Shown: positions 1 to 16,000 of the stretch, piece after piece
How the letters are laid out: every line of letters begins with the position of its first letter
Position numbering within the stretch: position 1 is the first letter of the stretch
Origin: the human T2T-CHM13v2.0 reference genome, Homo sapiens
Assembly (NCBI RefSeq): GCF_009914755.1
Contig: NC_060932.1
Direction: 5' to 3' (one strand)
DNA length: 64,000 bases
Position numbers and translations under genes: made by a program
Notes under the pieces: model-generated
Database searches by the model: none
The model's input: only the letters and a program-made list of their open reading frames with translations
Told to the model about the DNA's origin: nothing

Positions 1-3000
1 AAGCCTGGTGCTTTCCTTTCTCTTTTCTTTTTTTTTACATATGAGCAAAGTGGCCTTGGAGACTGTACTTACAGGTGCCCATAGCTGACTGTGCATAGCA
101 GAAGAATGTGAATTCATACACCTCTGTCTGTCTTTCACCCCACCACATACATGCTGGTTCTCTTCCATCACATACTGCACTGCACTCCTCACACTGCAAC
201 TTAGAAGATAAACAAAAGTGGGTGTCAAATAAACAAAGTCCCATCTCTGGAATTAGGAGACAGGCATTTGGATTCCAAAATCAACTGTTTTCTAGGTAAA
301 TACACCTGAACAAGTCATTTAACGTTTCCATTTTTTCACGTACAAACTGAGACCAGATGATCTTGAATCTATTTTCTTAATGCTGCCAAGAGCCTATGAT
401 TTGGCCAGACAAAGCATTCTATGTGGATCAGAGGCATAAATGGACAAGCCCTGCTAATATCAAGAAGAGGGTTTTCCCCTAAAAAAAAAAAAAAAATCAG
501 AAAACGTAGAAGAACATCAAGAAGTTGATTATTCAGGCTGTCTTTTGCATAAAGAGACTAGGAGTGGGCAGGTCATTCTCTGTCCCTGTTGACATAGATA
601 CTGTCGGTGGACTGTCTTGACACACAGTGTGCCGGTCCCAAATCTGCCTTGATGCTGAGGACATTTTTGTTATCTGACAGATACATCTTGAGTGAAGTCT
701 AGGAAGAAATGTTATCTATGTAACGACAGGACTAGACCACAGATTTGATGGTAGGAAAACTAGGAAGGGAAGCATCAAATAGGATACCCAGATTTCAGAC
801 AAGAATGATGGGAAAATGATGGTGACATGAATAGAGAAAGGAAGAGTGGTGAGAGAAGACCAAGAGTTTGGTTTCAGATATTTGAGTGCTACTGATCAGC
901 AGATCATCCTGGAGAAGTCTTAAGCAGTTCAAGGTCAAAATTTAGTACTCAGGGTCCATTTATCCATAAAGACGTAAAAGCTCTTACAACTTAATGTCTG
1001 TAATTTACCATCTTACAAAATGAAAGTAGGCTTCAAACTAGTAAACTGAATTCCAGAACATACACCAAGCTATGTGCCCCCTGTATATCCAGATCTACCC
1101 AGGTACTGGTCTGTATTTTACCCACGTTGGTAGACTCATTCCTCTCACTCAACCTCCTAACCCCTTGATCACCTAAAAAGGAGAAGTCAGAGTACATAAA
1201 TCTTGTAGCTTTGGGGGCTTATGCAACTTCAGTGGTTTTTAAGCTCATCATGCTGTGGGAATTCTCAGATGATCTCCCAGCCCAGTGACCCTCCGGAAAA
1301 TGGCATAATCCTAGGATGAGAGAAGCAACATATGAAAATCAGCAGATTTTCAGAACAAAACTGACCATGTGGGTTTGTGGCCAAATTACACTTGAGCATA
1401 TCGACCCAGCAGGCATAGGATAATTCCACCCACCAGCCTCCGCACAGAGACTGCAGAAGTGCAAAGGAAAAATGGCTTCAGTGAGGGAGGAATGGACGTG
1501 CTCCAATAGATGAATGAGTGAAGGTAGCACTCACAAACTAGAGAAAATGCCCACGCACCTCTTCCCAGCCCACCCTTATATCCACACCAGCCCCCAAATA
1601 CACACACTCACCCATCTGATCATGTCACTTGATCCAGATAGAAGACTTGAGCAGGGGTGGGGCTAGGCTCCGGGCTTATAGGAAGGAACCAGAAAAATAC
1701 AGACTGTGTTTTATTTTTGTCATGCTAACTCCAGAGTATTCCCCAGATTGGCGTGAACTGACGAATCCACAAGAAAAATCATATATGTGAGAAAAATGTG
1801 TTCCAGTTCCAGCTCTTTGGTTTACTAGCTGTGACACATTTCTTGGAGCCTATTTTCTTATCTCTAAAATGGGAACAACAATACTGGCCTTACAGTGTCA
1901 ACTGGAGGATTAAAGCAAATCTACATAAAGTGTCTCAAACATGATTGACCTTTCTATATATTGCTCCTAGCTGGAGTTCTCCACCTAATGATATCACAAT
2001 GTCGTCTCCACTGTGGCTTCTTCAGAACAGAGGTTAAGTAACATTTGTTTCTAATTTTCCAATGATGACCACACTGTCTAGCATACTGTAAGAGAAAATG
2101 GGATAGCATTTGCTTTGAACTGTAGAAGGACTCTATACTTAGTCACTTTTACATTCTGAAAAAGAAACAACCCTTCATTGACAATCAGAAACTTATCTGA
2201 CAATATTCAGATTTAAACTTTTTAACTTCCAGCCCTTCACCCTGGGGCCTATGGGAAAAACCCACAGCTCCCAGCCCAACATATTAATCATTATAGGACT
2301 CCAAGGAATGGTAACTGACTGTTTGACTGAATGAATAAATGAGCGAGTGAATTAAAAAACAATTATGTGAGGCAGTTTATTAAGATGAAATTGACAAAAA
2401 TCACGGAGTGATTTGAGCAGTGAGGTGGCTCAAATTACAAATAACCATGTTTTGGAACAATTTTTATTTTAGTGACCTAATTGGTACAAGGCAAAGAAAG
2501 GCTTTAGGCACTAGAAAAAAAATGAGGTAATTTTTAAATTGTAAGAACTACAAGTTATCCCAAAATATGATGAACAATGACCAAAAGTGAAACCAGAGGA
2601 ATAGTACATGAAAGGAAATAATTATCTTCTTATAAACTAGATGGAAAAGAATGGGATAAATAATAATGTTTCAGGATCTTTCATTAGGTTCCAAGGAGAA
2701 AGGTATCAACGTTTCTGGGGGTAAATTTTCTACATTGTGATTTTTAATGAGGTATTTAGTTAGCATTACCCCAAGAGATACTCCTGTATTTTTAGCAGCC
2801 TTTTATTCACCCACTTAAGAAAATGCTTCTTTTTAATTCAAATGTAGACTTCTCCTCTTAAAATAGTTTTTTAGAGCAAGATAATTTTCATCTACCTAGA
2901 ACCGTTTTGTTACCATTACGCCTAGAGTCAATTAATCTTTCAAAGGCCTTTTCTGCATCCTCAGACTCCACATTTTCCTTTATCAATTGAAGCAGAGCAA

Positions 3001-3027
3001 ATCAGGAGCTAAGAAAAAGTAGGACCC

Positions 3028-3377
<350 letters not shown>

Positions 3378-6300
3378 TCAAATCTCTTTTACATTAAGGT
3401 AGCTTTAAAATGCTTTCACCAATATGGCTCACAAAAGCATCGTCACTGGCAAAGAATCTGAGTGCTTCCAAATCACTTTAGAAATACAAAATGTGATGTA
3501 AATGCTTAATTAGAAAAAGTTACATGTGACACAGTTGCTATTTTTACTACCTGTCTATCAAGAGCCCACGCAGATTTGTCTAAAATAGCAGAGTTACAGG
3601 CCAAGAAGAAATCAGTCAAGATATCAAATGCTGCACTTTGATTTCAGAGGCAATGCGTGATTGGAACCCATTACGACTGTCCTTGACACTCAGGAATGAG
3701 GCAGATTCCTTGAGAGAAACCACTAGTTTTTAAGGCGTCCCCTCTTAGTCTTCCTCTGAAAACTGAGGTTCAAGCTGTCCACAATGGTCCCTAGCAAACA
3801 TCAACACTCACCAAAGTACTTCCTCCTTTTTTCTCTTCCTCTGTGCAAACCAGCTTAGAGTAGATACAATGCATGATTTCAACTCCAGCTCAGCAGCAAG
3901 GGAAAATCAAAAGGGCAATCGATGTAATTGATGGGTGCCTGTAATGCCCAGCTTGTGGTATATACAACACCTCAAGATAAGCAAATCCAAAAGGTCAAAG
4001 TCAACTGTTTTCCACATATTGATTGGAAAAGATCAATTACTTTCCAGTTTACCATCTGGTCACCAAACATTAATTGGCCATTGACTATGTAAATGAAATG
4101 CAGAAATGCATAATTATCCCCGTGATTGTTTCTAGTTAAAATGTATTTTATAAAGGTGATGTGGCTGTATACAGCCTTCATAATACAGGGGACAAGCAGA
4201 AATATGGAGAGAATCCAGAAGTGCCATTGTCAACAATTAATTCTAGTGCAAGCCACATACCTGGAGGGCCACAATTCCAGGCTCTTGCCAGCTTGTTTTT
4301 AGACTACCTGACCTACACTTCGGGACTTAGGAAAGAGTTCCCAAGTGATATCATAGAGAAGTCTGATCAGGACATCAGGAATCCAAAATCTAAACTTAAG
4401 CAAACCTAACCATGTTATTAATAAAAAACAAGGAAAAGGGTCAAAACCCTCTGTTTCCTCTGAGTCTAGGAAATCACAGCTCTAATGTGCTCTTTGATTT
4501 TGTTTAATTCGATATGTCTATTTATAAGACGTGTACATTGCATGTTATTTTTATACCCAGTGAGAAGAGGAAAGTGGAAAAGGATAAAGCAGCAGTAAGA
4601 AGAGGTCCTTGCCTTTAAAGAGCCTAAAGTTTAATTGCAGGAACAAGATTTCTTTGCATATGCAATATAAAACAATACGAGCTGGGATAATTACCAAATC
4701 ACATGATGCCAACTACATGCTGGGAGAACTTAAGAGGAGAGAGGAGGCAATGAAGTCTTCCTGAGAAAGCAGAAATGGAGCTGTGGTCTAGTGGGTAGAA
4801 TCTGGATAGGGGGTGAGTAATGGATGAAACATTCAAGAAGAACAGAGTGCCATAATATCGGAATTCTAAGCATGCCCTCTGGCCCAATCAATTCATTAAA
4901 ATCTCATTTTCTGAACCCAGATATAGTGGACGCATTTCCAACTAGAACCCCAAGATGACCACACAGTACAAAACAGGCCACCTCCCCACCAGGATCAGTA
5001 CACAAAAGAAGAATAAGCTTCTTTGTTCTTTTAGCCACTGTAATATTGGGTCTCTCGTTAATCAGCTTAGCCTTTTTACCCAACTAATGCAAGATCTCAC
5101 TTAGTCTTTGAAAAAGCAGTTTCATTTAAGTAGAATAGATATCATCTCCCATTAGGCAGATGAGCAAACTAAGGCCAAGGGAAGTTCAAGGTCACGGAAC
5201 CTTCTGATGCTGTCCTGTTCACTGATTCCCAGAGTCTTAGTCTTTGCCTTTGGTAACTTTGTCACTTCTTATTTCTGACATTGTGAACAGAAGAACCATT
5301 TAGATTTAAGTGTTGATGGAAATTTGACAGGGTTGAATTTCACATTTCAAATATAGAATCCTGAACCTAGATTTTAAATTAGCTGCACATAGCAAGTGGT
5401 TTTCATAATTATTGGTATTACACATTTGTTACCACTGCAAAATTTAAAGGAGCACGAAAGATGTAATTGCAACACACAGTTCTGGAACCCAGGGCAGAAA
5501 TGTTTGGCATTGGGGGTAATTTACACCTATAATGTAATTAAACAGGAGGTAATTTGCATCCAGATTTGCACGTTACTGTATTTTTTTCTGATTATAAAAA
5601 TAAAATAAAAAAAAACTCTGGCAAGCACAGGAGGTTTTGGAGTGTTCTGACAATTAGTATTTTAGACAAATGACATGAGGAAGAGGACTTTCTAATCCTT
5701 CTGGATCCTTAGCAATTTGCCAAAAAAAAATAAGCTGTCTGTCAGATATTTTAACATGAAACATGTTGTGAAAAATAACTATTTTCCCTCCACACTATTT
5801 TTGCTAAAATGTATTTATTGTTTCTCTCTGATTCTCATCTATTGATAGGATCTGCCTATAAATAAAAAACATGAAAGGCATAAACCTAAGCATTCAAAAT
5901 GGATAAGAATCTAAGTGTTATATTAGCAAGAAAATTAGGATTTAGGTTATCAAAAAATTCATAGATTATACCAAATGCTTGTTACGGTATAATCTGTTGT
6001 CTATATCTTTTTGCAACTTCAGCTTTGTGCTTTGCCAGATCTGTCACTTGTGTCACTGAGACAAAAGAGTTCATCTATATTCAAGGCTAAATGCAGATTC
6101 AGGGTAACATGATCTGTTCACTTTAAGGCAACACGTAGCTCCTACAAAAGAAAGAATCTGCAACCTGGCAACTTTCTATCTCATTATGTATGTCCATATG
6201 CAAAAAATTGAGTGCAGGGGAAAGAAGGGGTGTCCTGTTAGATACATGCACATACTCGGTCTTATGCAAAAATAATTTTTTTCCTCTTATCTTGATATTG

Positions 6301-6815
6301 AACTGTGTGCCTAAAATCAAGCACCCAATAACACTGTGGCTGAATAGGTCTCTAATTATCTTCATTCTAACATTTTTGTTGCCAAACCTGGTGAGCTAAA
6401 GCACATCAATTTCCTTCTCTTTTACCCTAGGTAAATTCTTATCTCTCTGACAAGTCTTTAAACTCTTCATGAAAAGGTTATGTGATATACGTCTCGTTAG
6501 CACATGAAAACCTACCACACGCCCAGAGCGATGCCAACCACTATAGGGGAGGTTTATGAGCATCATAATTATAATAATAATAACTACTGTTTATCTGGCA
6601 CTGTCAAAGGCACTAGCAGTTTATACACACTATTTAACCCCCAAAACCACATTATGAAATAGGTACTATTATTATTGCTGTTTCACAAATTAAGAAAATG
6701 AAGTTTGGAGTGGTTTAGACACAACAGAGTAACAAGACAACAGCACCAACGGGCTTGCAATCTAGCTAGGAATCTAAGACCAACTGGGGTAAGAAAATCA
6801 TTGAAAAGTACTGTA

Positions 6816-7201
<386 letters not shown>

Positions 7202-7400
7202 TATATAACTAGGCCCTACACTGTATGCAGTACACAGAGTGGAGAGTAGTGCCTTTCTCTATAGTCAAGGAAATTCAATCACCTGGAAGATTCTTTCCTT
7301 GGTTGCTTCATAGGCATCACAGGTTTGGCATACATAAATTCCAGCATCCAGCCTCAACCCCTAGACTTGGTTTTTCTCCTGTACTTTATATTTTGGGGGA

Positions 7401-7822
7401 TGTATTAGGCTGAAAAATGGCCCCTCTCTAAAGGTGTTCACATCCATTCCCCACACTACATGAATATGTCACTTTGCATGGCAAAGGAGACTTCTCAGAT
7501 GTGATTAAGATAAGAATCCTGTTATGGGCCAAATTGTGTCCACACCCAAATTCATATGCTGAAGCCCTAACCCCCAGTACCTCTGAATATGTATAGGGCC
7601 TTTAAGGAGGTGGTTAAACTAAAATGAGGTCCTTAGGATATGCCCTAATCCAATGACTAGGTTCCTTATAAGAAGAGAAAATTATGATGCAGGCACATTG
7701 CAGGAAGACCATGTGAAGACACAGGGAGAGGACGGCACCTACACAACCTAAGGAGGCCTCAGAAGAAATCAATCCTGCTGACACCTTGATCTCAGATTTC
7801 CAGCCTCCAGAACTGTAAAAAA

Positions 7823-7857
<35 letters not shown>

Positions 7858-8278
7858 ACTTCTGTTGTTTAAGCCACTGAGTCTGTTATGGCAGCCCTAG
7901 CAAATTAATATAGATTATCAGGGGGCCAGTGTCATCACAAGGGTCTTAGAGAAGGCAGGGGGGTCAGAGTGAGAGACGGGCATGTGAGATGGAGCAGAGG
8001 TCAGTGAGGCAAGAAGATGCTGCGTTGCTGGTTTGGAAAACAGAGGAACGGGCCATGAGCTAAAGAATGCACGTGGCCCCTAGAAACCAGAGAAGATAAG
8101 GCGGGGGATTCCCTCCCAGAGCCCCCGGAAGGAACGCAGCCTGCCCGCTCCTTGGTTTCAGCCCACTGAGACCAATTTTAGACGTCTCACCTCCAGAACT
8201 GTAAGAGAATTAATGTGTGTTCTGTTAAGCTAGCAGGTTTGTGGCAGCTTGTTACAGCAGAAACAGGAAATAAATGCA
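7401..8278 (+). mobile_element. MaLR LTR (MLT1D-like) interrupted by an MLT1B-like LTR at ~7520-7912
   Basis: Two sets of MLT1 5' and 3' termini, nested; (TAAA)n expansion at ~7821-7858. Confidence 0.7.
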
Positions 8279-8399
8279 GGGGATGGCATCGCCGTCTCCC
8301 TCTGCCCCCAAGCCCTTCCATTCCACTCTAGTAGTACCTGCCTCTTCTCATCCACCTTTCTTAATTTGCATCTTCCTCTAATCTCATCTGGATTCCTGC

Positions 8400-9230
8400 C
8401 ATAGTCTCCAAGTTTATTTTCCACCTTCTGATCCCTTTCACCCACCAAAGTATTCCACTCGCCTCTGCCAAAGTGATTTTTCTAACAAACCAGTCTGACC
8501 AGATCACTATCCCTCTTAAATACTCAACTGCCTCTAATCAGCTATGAGATGAATGCAAAGGTCTGGTCATGACACAGGAAGCCCCCTATGGCCTCTCCTC
8601 TTCTTCCCTCTCCAGCCTGGTCTCCATGTTCTCTGTCTTGTCAACCTTGGCTAAATGCTTCCTTTCTCTCCTGAGCTACACGTCCCCCGCTTCTTTCCAG
8701 CCTGGACTCTGTGTCTCATGCGTTCCAGCCTGTACTACATAACCCCGTCCCTCTATTCTGGTATGCTCCCTGCTATTTCAGTCACTTGCAGGTTTTTGAT
8801 GACACTGTGCCTGCCCTCCCCTCCTCTTCTTCCCTATACAATTCCTGCTTATGCCCCAAAACTTACCTTAGATGCTGTCTGCTCCAGAAAGCTCTCACAG
8901 AGGGTCCTCCTCTCTTACCAATTGGTTTACTCGCCCATCCTCTGTGCTCTCATGACACGTGTTGTTTACCTCTAGCTATGTTAGGGACAGTTCCCTCGAG
9001 GTAACTAGGTCTTTACTTGCCTGAATCCTCCAGTAGACTGTGTCCATCCAAGCTAAGATCCTGCCTTTCATGTTTCCCCAGTGGCCAGCACAGTGCCTGA
9101 TACTGAAGACATTGTTTGTTGAATGAAAGTTTTAGGGGGAAAAAGATAGAACTTCATTTACTCATTTGCACAACAAATATTTATTGGGCACTCACTATCA
9201 GTAAAACACTGTGGGATGTACAAATATAGG
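8400..9230. mobile_element. Degenerate L2 fragments
   Basis: L2 3'-end motifs cagcacagtgcctga...tgttgaatgaa and cattt...caacaaatatttattg. Confidence 0.55.
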
Positions 9231-10599
9231 TAAGACTGCAGTTAGAATTTTGTGGTCAGTGTTGAGACATTATCTAAATGACCAGCAGGTGGTAGTACCC
9301 AACTAGACCACAGGCAATCAAGTTCAGGGACTGAGAGGAGGAATGCATGGGTCAAAAACAGGGAAGGGTAACTAGAGGTTTCCTAAGACCCGGTCGTGGA
9401 AGCATGCAAGAGACTGGCTAGCCAGAAGGAGAAGAGTTTCGCTAATATGATATAGGGTCTTCACTAAACTTCAAATGGCTTGGTGGTAACATGAGTGTAC
9501 CTTGTGCAAGAAAGTACACAAGTGTCTCACCCTTTAGAGTTTCCAAAAGTGCAGGTTTCCAAGGTATATAGAGCATGAGAGAAGGGGCCACAGATATTAC
9601 CAAGAGGCAAGAGAAAACACAACAAATTGTATGAAATGAGTCACGTTGGCTGAGGAAGGATTTTTATCACTAGGCATTCATTCCTTAATAATTTTAGGTA
9701 ATCTAGATCCAGACAGAAGCTGCTTGCTGCCATGACTAGTATAGCATAGATGTTTCTTTTCAAGGCCAACTTTTGCTCTGGAAAAATGAGAAACGGTTCT
9801 CTTCTTTGACCCTATCTGATAAAGTAGAAACCAACGCAGATTTATACAAATGAAAATAAGGTTGAGTCAGAGCACTTTGTCCCATAAATAACAAAAATGG
9901 ATGAAGGCTGACTGGTCTCTAGGCAACCTATGTAAGTACAGTCACATAACCCTGATTTTAGTATATAAAATAGATGATCAAGAGATTCACTTAAAATTAT
10001 TCACGTCTGGCTCCTCACTATTTTAATAGATTTTAAAAGCTGCTTCCTTGCCAACAATCCTATTGTAAACCTTCGCTGCTGAAGATTGTGGGCCAAGCTT
10101 TTTCTTCTGCCAAGATTCAAAAGCTTGTTATTGGATCTCTCAAAGTAGATTTAGTTTAAAGAGTCTGACATCTACGAAAAATTGTGAATACATGATTAAA
10201 AGATTGTCTTTTCAACTGTGTATAAATATATACATAAATGTAAATAAATGATATAATGATAAATTAATGTATAGTACAAATTAAAAATCTCCCAAAAACC
10301 AAACCAAAAGTGAATATAAATGTGAATGATAAATATATACCAGAAAAAATAATAGCTACATGATTAGAGATATCATCCATAGAGCATGGACTAGCCGAAT
10401 GAATTTTATGTACTTCAAATTACATAGAAAATTAATTTAGAATATGATATAACAAAGACAAGTAATTCAATGTTTTTATTCTTAATGTCTTTAATAAAGT
10501 CAGAAACGATGAAATAATGTTTAGCTGAAAAAATACAGAAATGTTTTATTTTTATATAAATAGTAAAAATGCAGCAAAAGAATGTATAGTGGCCCTTGA

Positions 10600-10898
<299 letters not shown>

Positions 10899-10999
10899 TG
10901 GCCCTTTAATCTTTTTAATATGACCTAGCAGTTCAACAATTAGCTTTTAAATGAGATTTTTAACGTGGGTATGGCCTACTGATGATCATGCTGAGGACT

Positions 11000-11420
11000 G
11001 TCCTCCAGAGTCAGAGTCTCCTAAATTCCTGTCTTCATTCCACCACCTCCAAGCTGTGTGTGGTACTTAACCTCCCTGTGCCTCTGTGCTCAATTGCACT
11101 TTCCACAAAAGTGTCATCTCAAAGGGTTGTGAAGATGATTAAATGAGAGAACTCTGTAAAGTTTTGGCACAGTGCCAAGCATCTAGTGAGTAGTTAATAA
11201 ATACCAGTTATTTTTATTGATATGACTATGATCCGCCTACTTTTATTTTTCATGCTCATTGAGACTGGATTTTATATTCTACTAAAGAAACTTGTTCTAA
11301 TGTTGGCATGGGTGTCAGAAGATATGAGTTCTGGCCTAGGCTCCACTGCTTTCCAGATGTGTGACCTTGGACAAATCAGCAATTTAATCAACTCTAAAAT
11401 GGAAATAATAATTTGTGCAC
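11000..11420 (+). mobile_element. Two MIR fragments (~11000-11200, ~11320-11420)
   Basis: MIR core-like motifs (tgtgtgaccttggacaa, gttgtgaagatgattaaatgaga). Confidence 0.55.
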
Positions 11421-14400
11421 AGCTCAGATGAGAATACATTGTTTTGTTTTGCTTTGCTTCTTTGATATAAAGCATTGTCCAAATGTAAAAGTCTGATGGT
11501 GGTGGTGATGATGATGGCTTGGGATTTAGGGTACTACTAAGTGTAAAAGAACACAGTATTTAGGCCTGACTAGACCACATTACAAGTTATTACAAGTTAC
11601 CACCTCCAGCTGTCACACCACCGCCCTCAGCTTCATGATGACATTCCTCTCAATAACCAAAGAGAGAGACAGGCAGGCAGAAAAGAGACAGAAATTAATA
11701 TCAGTCCTGATTAGGCTTTCTCGATCTACTATTGTTATTAATTATTGCTATTATTATTTTATCATTCTTGATCTAAAGAGTCTTTCCAAATCTTTTTTAA
11801 GAGAAAAATTCAAGTTAAATACCGAGCTACAGTCCAGCTCTCATGGCAAACAGGACCATGTTCTTTCCTCTAAAGATAGCACACTACTTATTCAGATATA
11901 TTTACTTTACAAAACAGGGCATGGGATTATATAAACAGAAAGATCCTATTTATATTTAAGTTACAGAGAAAAAGACTAGAAGAAAATACTTAAATTATTG
12001 TCTCTCTCCATTTTGCAAATTTCTACACTCCATATATATATAAATTTTAACCAAAAAAGTGAGTTAAGTATTCTAAAATAGATGCTCTTCTTAATAAGCT
12101 AAGTGACAAGACAGAGCTATGACAGTGAGCCCATTTTCAAAGGATTATGAAAGAATATTGATTTTCAAATTTGCAGAGATTGAAAAAAAATCACCCAGTC
12201 CTGGGACAATGAGACTGAATTATTAGGTGGGGCTTCTTTGTGACTTTCTGTTCCCAGGTTTAGCTCTTTTCAGAAATTTGGTCCAAAGATCATTGATCTG
12301 CTCTAGTTTTACGAAGCTCATTTTAATTAAGAGTTTCTAATAAAAGAATTATGTCTCTTGCTAAGTCAGGCCTTGGTAAGCTTGGGATAAAATATGTCAT
12401 AAATATTTCATAGCTGCACTGGTGCAGTTACGTGCAAGGCAGGGTTTTCAAAATTCAAGTGCATATCATCAACATCTGTTGCTGCTTTATAGGTAAAGCT
12501 AATGGGTTCAGTTAAAAACATGCTGAAAATTAATACAGGAGTACTCTTTTATTATGCATCTACTGAACTTTATTTTTAGAGTCACTTTTACCAAGGCTCT
12601 ATTAAGTACTTTTTTAAAATTCTAAATCTTTCTCCCCTGGCTTTCACAGAAAGGATTCACAGTGGAGAGGTGAAAGCATTACACAGCAAAAAAATCAGCA
12701 AGCTATGTTAAAGCCAAAAGCTAAATTTTCCCCCACCACACACATGAAATTTCCAGATATAGAATTTTAAAACTGATTAATTTAACATTTGGAATATAAT
12801 AAAGATTAAATGTTTTAAGTTTTGTAAATACTTCAATTAACTTCATCATAACAGTAACTGACAAATAGAAGGCAATATTCAAAGAATAAAATATTTGGCA
12901 AGGGAAACAAACACCATTTCAGTGGCCTAATGACAGAAAAGGAACACTGTGGTCTAGATGGATTTGTTTTGATCAAAGACAATAGGGACATACATATACA
13001 TCCCAATTTCCCTGACAAGAAACAGTCTTTCTCCCCTGAGAATATTTTTATTTTGCTTTCAACTCTTGACAACAACAAAATCAAAAGTCAACACTGCTTT
13101 TAAAGTTTGACATCCTGAGGATCAAGTAGAAATATGTAATATAGCTTCCTTTTTCTTGTGTTCCTGCTTCGGCAGACTAAGTCCCTAGCTTCCTACATCA
13201 ACAACCCCTTAAACAATTAGCAGAGGACAGGTTATAAATAATTATTATGAGTTCTAGAACCAGATCCCAGGCAAACGGATTAAGTTCAAGACACAATAGG
13301 TTGAAAGAAAGTACAGATCATCTCATCTTGGATGGATTCAGCCTACCAATTTGAAAGTGACGTTGTCCATCTGGAGTATCTTTCTTGCTATCCAGTTCCT
13401 ACATCCCATCCTCCTTGCATTTTTTTATATCCAAAAATGCTATTTAAAAGAAGAAATGTAAGGAAATAGGGAAAGATGGGAGAAAATGCCTAACTCCTTA
13501 TTTTTTATCTTTATTTTATGACCCAGTAAATATACCACCTTTGCAAATGATATTTTCCCAGTATTAGATGACACCCTACAAAACCTGACAGTGGCTATCA
13601 TCTCTTAGCTGCAAAGTTAACATTTTCACTTTCCCTACTGAAGGAACATATAGATTGGAGCATGCCTTGTATTTCTCTATAAAGTGATTCAAAACAGACT
13701 GTAGCTTATGAAACAATTCAGAGATAATTTCATTTAAAATGTCTTACATCTAAATCATATGAGAAACTTTTCTATTTAGAATAAATTACAAAAGTATCGT
13801 AGTCAAACTTAATTCCATGAATGCAGTGTGGTTAATCCGGGTGAGTTGCCATGATTGTTTTCTCTCTTTTTAATATTTTGAGAAGATTTCATAGCCTTAG
13901 TGTTCTTAGGGTTTAAAAAAATGCAAAAGCATTTCTTTCTGTGAAAACTATTAAGATGGTAAATATTCTTCAAAACTATGAGACAAAAAGGGAAAAACAT
14001 CTTTTATAGCTTTTTAAAAAAAGTTTTCATACTAAATTTACTGATGGGTATAACCTTCAAATCACCTTTAGGAAGAGTAGTTAAAGTGGAAGAGTTTAAT
14101 ATAAAAGAAAACATTTTGCTAAATGTGAAACTGGATCCATCATTTTTTAAGCCATGGGAACTGTTTTTTCTTAATAAAACAACTGTTTTAATTCTTTGCA
14201 TTATCCTGTAGTGCCCAGATTGAACAATATATCATGTGACATTGAAGTTACAATTTTAAGTTATAGGCACTAGATGTAGCCTGAGTAACTGACTTATTTT
14301 GTTTGTACGCAACACTTTCCTCCTTCTGTAACCAGCTGGAAGCTGAACAATTTCTCAGCTACTTCAGATACAAGGCAAAACTGGGTAATTGTGAAGTTAG

Positions 14401-15979
14401 ACATGTGTTTCCTTGTAAATGTCTCTCTGCAGAGTCATCTCGTTTCCAAAGCCCTAAAGAAAATTAACAGCAGAAGGCTGCCGGTTAACCATGTACTCTC
14501 ATTGCAGAGTTTGCAGTGAATGTGCACCATGAAATTGCCAAGGATTTTTATATATTTCAATAAAAGCAGAAAGTAATAAGCAACAAAGGCAAAATTACTG
14601 CATAATTAGCATTTGGCCTTATCTAGATGGTATCCTGCTGAGTCCAGCCTGACATCCGCAATACTTTACAGAAGGCAGGGAATTTTCTTTCTCCTTGCCT
14701 TTATTTATCTACATAAAACCAGAAAATCCTGTTTTTACAGTATTCACAAGTCAGTCCCCTCATTCCATCATCTGTCTCTCTCAACAACTCAAGACATGGA
14801 TGGGCTCTGCTTGCCTAAGGTCTCTCAGCAAACTAGAACATCCTTCTCCTACATGGCCTGCGATACTGCAGTTTCATATTAATAAACCAAAAGTAACTCC
14901 CAAAATTAGCACCTCCTGTTTAAAACATTATTTCTATTTTAATACAGATGGGCCAAGGGAGCTGATAAAAATAAAAAATAAAACCTCTAGAAACCCACCC
15001 CTTTCCTGATTACTTACTGATGAATATGATCCTGTCTTTTAATAAAACAGGGACTTAAGGAAACATGCTGTGAAAAGAAGCTATTTCGGTCTGGAGTCCC
15101 TACTTTTTATAAGCAGTAGTTTCTTCTCACCCATAGCAAGCGTTGCACATTCAGTCACTTGTACCTGTGGCCCCAGCGCTGTTGTTAGTTCTGCAATCTC
15201 TTCTTCACTTTATCTTGTAGTATTCTGAACTTTTTTAACCTGAATTACCCCCAAAGCACTACCCAAAATAAAGGGACATTTTAACAGGAGTACACCAGAC
15301 AGCAAGAAGTCTGTGTAGAGTTCTTGTTTGCATAAACATGTTTAATGATATAGAAAATCTATTCCAAATCAATCATTAAAATCTAAAGCGAAAAATATAT
15401 TACATTTTAAATGAAGGGAAAACATCTGATTTTATTCAAGGTTGTGGTGACTCTGTTCCGCAACTTTTAAATCAATTTAAAGTTAATTCAGGTGCCTTTT
15501 CAATCATTGCAGTTACACATAGGGAATACTGAACCGAAAGATGACAAGGCAATTGTCTGTGTCCAAACTTAAGAAAAACTATATTTCCCTGGACTTTTCA
15601 TCCCAACAGATTTCAAATTCTCCTTTCCAAGGAGTATTTGACCTTCACATTTCAGGCCCTGTATCTCTTCATTTCCTATACCACCATATGTTAGAAAACT
15701 CAAACTGGGCTACAAGTATATATTTCTGTTAACTGACTTTAATGAATTTTGGTTGTTTTCAAAATCTGCGATCTGTCCATTGTGCCAACCCTGCATTGCA
15801 GGGAAGTCTTAGCCTGTGATTCCAGCTTCGCTCCTGCAAAGATAGTCACTACAGGCAGGTTTAAATTGTATTTACTCGGAGAGAAGAGGGGGAAGGGAAC
15901 CCCCTGCCCCCTGCCAACCTGACAGGCCAGGCTGGGTGACAAGCCCCCCGGGTGGCTGCACCTCCCACTCGCCGACCTG

Positions 15980-16000
15980 GGCGCTGTCCTTGGTGCTGCC
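15980..16000 (-). promoter_or_regulatory. RE1/NRSE (REST binding site) ~0.9 kb upstream of NEFM
   Basis: Minus strand reads GGCAGCACCAAGGACAGCGCC, 18/21 to canonical TTCAGCACCACGGACAGCGCC, with correct 2-bp spacer and both cores intact. Confidence 0.88.
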
